Origin: Eledone cirrhosa
Lineage: Eukaryota
Reading direction: 5' to 3'
NCBI GenBank assembly: GCA_964016885.1
Contig: OZ024742.1
Coordinates: forward strand, 183,644,001-183,708,000
Length of the DNA stretch: 64,000 bases
Shown: one piece after another, positions 56,314 to 64,000 of the stretch
How the letters are laid out: the number at the start of each line of letters is the position of its first letter
Numbering within the stretch: the first letter of the stretch is position 1
Position numbers and translations under genes: made by a program
The notes under the pieces: model-generated
The model's input: the letters and a program-made list of their open reading frames with translations, nothing else
Databases searched by the model: none
Told to the model about the DNA's origin: nothing

Positions 56314-56389
56314 AGCTGTCTGATGATGTCACGACACTCGCACACAGAACAGTGTGGCCTGTGTCGTCATTGAAATATATATCACAATT
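56314..56389 (+). ncRNA. Type-I hammerhead ribozyme motif
   Basis: agctgt-CTGATGA-tgtcacgacac...gtgtcgtcatt-GAAA-tatata-TC^acaatt. Palindromic stem III. Confidence 0.75.
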
Positions 56390-56545
56390 GGCAGTATCGG
56401 TAGAGAGACGGACGCTATGCTTTCCAGCATAGTTACGTCCCTTTGAGGTCTGAGTTCAAATCCCGCCAAGGTTAACTTTGCCTTTCATCCTTACGGGGTC
56501 GATAAAAATAAAGTACCAGTAATACCCTGGATAATTGCTGGCCTT
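56388..56545 (+). mobile_element. SINE family A copy running into the assembly gap
   Basis: Near-identical to 9956-10139 up to the Ns. Confidence 0.85.
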
Positions 56546-56745
56546 NNNNNNNNNNNNNNNNNNNNNNNNNNNNNNNNNNNNNNNNNNNNNNNNNNNNNNN
56601 NNNNNNNNNNNNNNNNNNNNNNNNNNNNNNNNNNNNNNNNNNNNNNNNNNNNNNNNNNNNNNNNNNNNNNNNNNNNNNNNNNNNNNNNNNNNNNNNNNNN
56701 NNNNNNNNNNNNNNNNNNNNNNNNNNNNNNNNNNNNNNNNNNNNN
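56546..56745. other. Assembly gap (200 N)
   Basis: Run of n. Confidence 1.
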
Positions 56746-59512
56746 ACCAGGTTTTAAATGCCCAAGACGCTGTCATGACACTACCTCTACAATTTCATTA
56801 AGAGTTAAAGGAGTTAAGGGCTCTTTACTTTGCACATATACTATATTTTTCAATAAACGCATTATTATCGCTTTCATAAATATAAATAGTAAAAATTCAC
56901 AGATGGTTCGGGGGAAACAAAACGTTACGTAATTAATGTAAAAAAACAATTCGTCATCTAAGAAATTCACTTCCTACTAAAATTAGATGCCAGTTTTGTC
57001 TCTGTCTCTCATACTATATATTAATTTTTTAATTCTTTTATTGGTTTCGATCATTAGACAGCGGCCATTTTTAGTCGATCAGATCGATTCCAGCATTTTA
57101 TTTTTCAAATCTGGTACGTATTTATCGATATTTGTTTGTCAAATTACTGAGTCTCATGACACAGTCACAAACGTAAGCATAGACACAGAATCACACATAT
57201 GCAGACACACATACATATACACAGAGAGACATACACGCAAACAATCACACACCACACACGCACGCGTGCATATTCATATATACATTTAAGGCAATAGGAT
57301 ATCTGCTACCAGGTAATGTAAACTGTTAACAATTGTCCTCATATTGTAATGGAGTTAGCAGACTTGCCAACCTATAAAAACCCAAACGGGGTGTACCATG
57401 AAAAAGAGTGCCCCAAAATGGGGAGATTTTATATAATGAAAGCTGTACCCATTATCATAAAAACGGGGAGATGGGAGAAATTAGCTATAACAGGGAGATC
57501 TCCCCGTCGGACAGGGATAGTTCACAGGTCAGGGTTTGTTACTGAAAAAACACAGGGAATGGCAAAGTTACTTTTCATCTAAAATAGTATATTTGACCAG
57601 GATCCCTTTATCAACGCTGGCTAAGTTTAATAGATAAAACCATGTACCGACAATAAATGTTTTATAAATTACTGTTGACAAATCCCAAGTTCACTAATTG
57701 AAAGTTATTGGCCTACATTATTATACTTCCGGTATGGCACACAGTAATTATGTGTAAGATTACTCTGGGCGTCTATCAACACTATATACGTTGTTAATAC
57801 GAGCTAAAACAGACATATCTTCTTTTTTAAACAACAAACAGAGAGAGAAAGAGAGAGAAAGAAAACGAGAGAGAGAACGTGAGAGTGAGAAAAGGAGAGC
57901 GAGAAAGAAAGAGGAGTGTGAGGGGGGGGGGGGGGCAGAAAATGTAAATTGAGAGTGAGAAAGAGAGAGAAAGAGAGTGGGAGGGCAGAAAACGTAAATT
58001 GATTCTTACAAATCTAAAAATAACATTTGTCATCAGATGAGCTTTCAGAGTTCAAATCATACCAAGGTCAACTTTTCCCTTTGATTTTTTCGGGGTAAAA
58101 AAAAAAAAAGTACCTGTCAGGGTCGGTGGATTGACAAATTTGTTAGCGTCGAACTATATGTTTTACGATATCATTTCCGGTACTTTATGTCTTGACTTCA
58201 AATCCCATGCCACAGCCCTTCACGCTCTGTGAGAAGACGTCAACGAGGACCATGAATAATACAGGGCTTTGTAACCCTCAACACAGATGAGCTATGGATA
58301 TTACACTAGCTTTGAAACCCTCAACATAGATGATCCATGGATAAGACAATGGCTTTGGGAACTCTCAGCTCAGATGAGTTAGTGATAGAGTGGTTTTGAA
58401 ATCCCCAACACTGATAAACCAAGGATATTGTGCTGCGAGGATCGAATTCGTTGTTTTTTTCTCCACCAATCAATATCGAATGACAACGAGGAAACAACAC
58501 CGATGACGACGTTATGAATATAATAAATATAAAAATTTCTAATTTTGGCACAAAGCCAGTTATACATTGGAAACATCATTCAAAAATTTCGAAACACTTT
58601 ACACGGTGATAGACATCCATACCGTGACTGAGTTTCTACTTTGCCTGGAAGTCACCATTGCTTACGATTCAATACACAAAGTTGTACCACGGGAATAAAA
58701 GTTTGAGTGTGACAATATGAATGATGCTTCATTCCACAATAAACTAGTCATTTTATCATTTAGATGCTATTATGTAGCAGATTTAGTTGAATGAGCAATA
58801 AAGAAAACTTCACAATATGCTACAGTTGTATACACGTCGTTAAAACTTGTGCTTACAAACTCCTGTTTCCCAGCATGCTATCGTATTTGCACCTTGAGCG
58901 TCCCCAGCAAGTTACCAGTTTTAGATGTAAATCTAGTGTAGTTTTAAATTGTGTTGGAGGGCCTTTTCTTAAAGTATTACACGAGAAGGTCTCACAAAAA
59001 CTGAAAACATATATGTCTTTTAATTATTTCGAGGCCCTAAGCTGTAAATTCTAGTCACGTTCTAATAGGGAAAATTCTCTTGCTAAAAACATGTTTATAA
59101 TGTCTGACTGATTCATCATTCTAGAGGTCATAAATTCTTCGCTATATATCTAGAAAATCACAGTACAGGTAGTTGTGGACTGGTCTTATTTTCTAATTAT
59201 ACCAACGTGTAAAAAGCCCCGAGGCGACAAGTGGAATGTGTATAAGACTTATGAATATGTAGTACAGTCGTGACTCTCTGCACGTGAATGACTCAGAATA
59301 TTATTTGCTTCTTCACCAAAAATGAGATAATAATAGTATTTGATGGCATTCTGAATGACAGAAGTGGCCTCATTAGTAGTGAGCGCTACTTACCCAATAA
59401 TAATTGACAAAGGACTTGGGGAAATGGTATAAGGTTTGATAGCTTTCTCAGCTATTCACAGTTAGTCCAATCTGACGACAAGTTAAACGACTTGAGTAAT
59501 TATATATGCCCG

Positions 59513-59560
<48 letters not shown>

Positions 59561-59562
59561 AT

Positions 59563-59624
<62 letters not shown>

Positions 59625-59733
59625 TACATATATTTGTGTGTATGATTGTGCGTGTGTGTGTGTGTGATATACATCTCTCACGCTCTCTCTCTAAATATAC
59701 ATATATATATATACATACACACATACACACACA

Positions 59734-59768
<35 letters not shown>

Positions 59769-59830
59769 GTAGAACACTGGAAGGTAATATCAGTAGTGGT
59801 AGAGCACTCAGTCCATGGGACGAGTTAGGT

Positions 59831-60074
<244 letters not shown>

Positions 60075-60167
60075 TATATGTATGTAAAAGGTAAACAGAA
60101 ATAACAACACAATCGGTACAGTATATGGAAGGGATATATTAGGTTAACGCTTGATATAGCAGGAAGA

Positions 60168-60210
60168 GGGTCTTAACATTTCGAACGCTGGTCCTTCATC
60201 AGAAGAAAGA
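60168..60210 (-). ncRNA. Degenerate minimal hammerhead motif
   Basis: Minus strand: tctt-CTGATGA-aggaccagcgttc-GAAA-tg-TTA^aga; imperfect stems. Confidence 0.45.
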
Positions 60211-61112
60211 ATGAGAAATAAGATATATTGAGGGGACGGGCGGGATGGAATTGGAAAAAATGTCTTTAGATAAAAATAACAGGTCCATTCATGTTGACAT
60301 CTCTTGCAAAACTGTTGGTGCTGGCGTTTTGTGCGTATATATATATATTTATTAAAATAACAGATTAAAGTTTAAGCAAAGAATCGCTGCTTTCACCCTT
60401 AACGGGATCTTCTGAAACAAAACAATCAATCTGTGAACGCCGAAGCAAATATTTCGAAAAACGTTGCAACCGAAGGAAAACAGGAAGACGATACTTTGGT
60501 TCGTGAAGACGTTCCCTGGCAATGAACGGAAAAAAGTGAAGATAATACGTCGTTGTATGAGTGTGCGTTATATACGCATTTATGCGTGTATATTTATATA
60601 TGTATATATAATTATATGTATACACACACACAGAATATTTATATGTGTATTTGGTGTATACGTTCGTATGTGTGCGGGTATGTGTGTCGCACCGGTTTAC
60701 GTACGCGTGCACGTGTTTATGTGTACGTGCATCTATATGCATGCATGGTGTGTGCTTTCGCGTATGCACATGTATTTACGTATATAGATGTGTGTATGTA
60801 TATATTTAATTATTATTACTTTTATGATTTTAATAACCTCTGTCATTTTCGTTCAACTAATTTATCTACATTATTCTTATCTCCGAAGCCGAGAATCATT
60901 CGGTTTCCTAAATAGAATATTAGTCTAATGACTCCATTTATACCCTAAACGTGGTTTTGTCTTTGCGTGTAATTGTTCTCTCGCACCATACATCGACGTA
61001 TTATCTTCGCTTTTTTCCGTTCATTGCCAGGGAACGTCTTCACGAACCAAAGTATCGTCTTCTCGTTTTCCTTAGGTTGCAACGTTTTTCGAAATATTTA
61101 CTTCTGCGTTCA

Positions 61113-61187
61113 CAGATTGATTTTTTTAGTTTCAGAAGATCCCGTTAAGGGTGAAAGCAGCGATTCTTTGCTTAAACTTTAATCTGT
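61113..61187 (+). ncRNA. Hammerhead-like motif with variant core (CAGAAGA), multi-copy
   Basis: cagattga..agttt-CAGAAGA-tccc gttaa gggt-GAAA-gcag cgattct ttgc-TT^aaact ttaatctg. Also at 4343-4393(+) and 60360-60433(-); partial at ~49525 and ~55450. Confidence 0.6.
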
Positions 61188-61809
61188 TATTTTAATAAAT
61201 ATTTGCTCTAGGGTTCTTATAGATTTGATATATATTTATCATTATCGAGCCCTCTTTGGATTTTAATCTGCACATTTATTATTATTACTATGTATGTATG
61301 TATATATATATATATATATATATAAAGTGTGTACGTCCCAGTGTAAATGACCATGGTCAATATAATAGTCGAAATTCAGGTAAAGTACCCATAGAGACGG
61401 AAAACTTTTGACAGAGTTCTCAGCGAGGAATCGAACCACACCACATCTCCGAATCTCTCAATTATTGTTTATAGTGAACGCCTACGGTAATTTGCGTTGG
61501 GAGGCAGACGTTTTAAATTTCAAATTTTCCGAATTCTTTTTAAGCCAACCATTGTTTTATATATATATATAATGTGTGTGGCGTGTGTGCGTGTGTGCGT
61601 GTGCGTGTGCGTGTGTGTGTGCGCGTGTGTGTGTGTTATGAGTTGGTGGCTAGCTTTGGTTTGTCCTAGATATATTTATGTTCATGTTAAGGCTATTGCC
61701 CATCTTAGTTACATATTTACATATATATAAACAAAACATTTCCAAATGAAAAATTATCAAATCTATTTATACTGTCAACTGATTAAAACAACACAGGCTT
61801 TAAACTTAC

Positions 61810-61906
61810 CGAATATTTTGTAAAGGTTTCGTTTTGTGCACCATTACATCACATATGGGACAGAACTTACTACTTTCCAGATATCTCACTATACATGTTC
61901 GGCAAA
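61810..61906 (-). CDS. BMI1: BMI1-like gene exon (RING C-half)
   Basis: ttcag|TT TGC CGA...ATT CG|gtaagt = (F)[31 protein letters not shown](R). 97 nt; phase continues the previous exon and completes the C3HC4 RING. Confidence 0.95.
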
Positions 61907-62059
61907 CTGAATTGAAAATAAATATTTATATATAAATATATTTGAATACATGAAAACAAAAAGACAGAAAACAAAATCAAATATTAACTGTAACACCTCT
62001 ATTTGGTATCATTTGCATCGTTATAAAGTCAGGTATAATGACTTGCATTATTTGTACCG

Positions 62060-62201
62060 AAAGCATAGAGTTACGGCCCTTTATGGTCTGAGTTCAAATC
62101 CCGCCGAGGTTAACTTTGCCTTTCATCCTTACGGGGTCGATAAAATAAAGTGCCAGTAATGTACTTGGATAATTGCTGGCCTTGTGCCAAAAGTAGAAAT
62201 A
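62060..62201 (+). mobile_element. SINE family A, 5'-truncated copy with 13-bp TSD
   Basis: TSD attatttgtaccg at 62047-62059 and 62202-62214. Confidence 0.88.
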
Positions 62202-62938
62202 ATTATTTGTACCGGCTCTCTACACTCTGAGTTCCAATCTTTAAGAGGTATTAGCCAGAGAGTGGCAAGTTCTCTCAAGTGTCCCCCGCATAAGACAAGC
62301 CGTATGCCATGACAAGCGCACTACTATTCCATCAAGAACTGAGAGCCTGTGGTAAGATAACTCACATAGGTGGCCTCCCCCACCTCCTCTACTTCTCTTT
62401 ATCGCCTTCTCTCTCCCTCTCAAAAAATCTAATTGAAAATTGTAACTGAAATAACTACTCTTCCTCGATATAGGGTGTGCTAAAAATCTATATTTTATCT
62501 AAATATATTTATTTTGTAAACAATTATTCAACTTCTTTTAAACTACTCACATATCTAATAAATCTATTTTTAATTGATTTAACCTCATCTGATCGTAAAC
62601 GCAATTACACACGAGTATATATTCATTAGCAGTCACAAAATGTTGTTGTTATCTCATGGGGATTCCCAAAATTATAAGGTAATGAAATAAGCAGGAAATG
62701 CAAAGAATTAATGCTTCCCTTATAATATTGTGACTGACAACTACAATGTATGAACCAGTAGTTTAAAATGTTAAATCAAGTTCACTATTTGTATGACTAA
62801 TATTTTCTAATATCACATCTCTTTCATGATAAATCACATGACATTTCTGATAGGAAACAATTAATGTGTAATAATGAAATAAACGTATACATATTAGTAT
62901 TGTGTATCATTGTTTAAATAAATGTCTTTGTTACTTAC

Positions 62939-63051
62939 AAGAATGTAAACATTCTATGATTGTTGTAGCATCGATATAGTAACCTCCACAGAGAATACAG
63001 TTCAGATAAGGATTTACGTCTGCTATGCCAATGCGCGTATTTCTATGCAGC
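62939..63051 (-). CDS. BMI1: BMI1/PCGF4/Psc-like Polycomb RING finger gene, first visible coding exon (RING N-half)
   Basis: Minus strand reads tttcag|G CTG CAT AGA...CAT TCT T|gtaagt = [37 protein letters not shown](F). Close to the BMI1 N-terminus as I recall it ([38 protein letters not shown]). 113 nt, canonical splice sites. Confidence 0.95.
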
Positions 63052-63712
63052 CTGAAATTTAGAAAAAAATTGTTTAAATATCATCAAAATATATTAGAAT
63101 ACTGTAAGACATATTTTAATCAGAAAAAAAAAAACTTTATCTTTAACGTTTTAAGTGTCGATGAAATGTTAGAAAGTAGAACAAGGAATATAAAGGATCG
63201 AAGTAATAATAATTTCATACTTCAACAATCTACAAATATCTCGATAAATAATAATATATTTAAAAAACATACACATAAATGGAAAGGATTCTGGCAACAA
63301 TCTTTATAATTGCTTCAGAAATAAAATTTTGCAATTCTATAAAAATATAAAAATATTTATAAGATGATAAATATATATATTAAACATATTTATAACACGA
63401 TAAAAATATATATTTAAAATATTAGATAATATAGTAGATATGAAACTACTATAGATAGCTAATAGTTACGAAAATAACTCACTACTCTGTTGATTTGGCA
63501 ACAGTAGATTATCGATTAACAAACACTTAAATCATTTTTACATTTATGTTTTCATCCCTATTTATTTCAGAATTCAACACTAAAGTTTGAAAGAAGGAAA
63601 TAACTTCATTTAATAGCTTCCAAAACACGTATTTATTTCATGGGCGCAACAAACAATAATATAACTATCATTTATCTGAGGTTTTGCAAACAACATTAAA
63701 GATGATTAAGCT

Positions 63713-63890
63713 TTGGCAGTATCGGTAGAGGGTCGGACGCTATGCTTTGACGCATAGAGTTACGGCTTTTCCATTCTGAGTTCAAATCCCGCCGAGGTTA
63801 ACTTTGCCTTTCATCCTTACGAGGTCGATTAAATAAAGTACCAGTAATGCACTGGGTAATTGCGGGCCTTGTGCCAAACGTAGAAACACT
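63713..63890 (+). mobile_element. SINE family A copy
   Basis: Same head, core and 3' end as the other copies. Confidence 0.85.
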
Positions 63891-64000
63891 TATTGCCATA
63901 GCTTTCAAAGACTTATATAGGGTGCCTCAAAAGTTACTATCTATTTCAATGAAAGTTGATGTTTTAAATGCTATCGTTACCGTATACACTGCATATGTGT

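Noticed and set aside
61868-61873. Internal GTAAGT donor within the RING exon
   Set aside because: Using it would remove the last CxxC pair; the reading frame and homology continue to the donor at 61809.

Overview
AT-rich, microsatellite-laden eukaryotic DNA; the repeat landscape suggests an octopod cephalopod (inference). One host gene is present, and the ORF track mostly misses it: a minus-strand BMI1/PCGF4/Psc-family Polycomb gene. I read seven coding exons with canonical GT-AG ends (63051-62939, 61906-61810, 37189-37075, 35900-35852, 35100-35002, 33713-33633, 33048-28876). They encode a RING finger and RAWUL domain, then a ~1,390-aa low-complexity tail with 8-residue Ser-Pro repeats that switch from acidic to basic, a His/Gln tract and CtBP/SUMO-like motifs. 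About 107 nt of expected coding sequence between the 61810 and 37189 exons was not found. The rest is mobile DNA: two decayed Penelope-like retroelements (RT + GIY-YIG), an RTE LINE, a pogo/Tigger-like transposon, a non-autonomous Helitron, LINE remnants, two tRNA-type SINE families, MITEs, long (TA)n arrays and a 200-N gap. The most striking unexplained signal is about a dozen type-I hammerhead ribozyme motifs, read and folded by eye. They lie in Penelope terminal repeats and in short non-coding fold-back cassettes next to (TA)n/(GA)n runs. One 71-bp-arm palindrome carries a hammerhead on both strands, and one multi-copy family has a variant CAGAAGA core. No alignments or folding programs were run.
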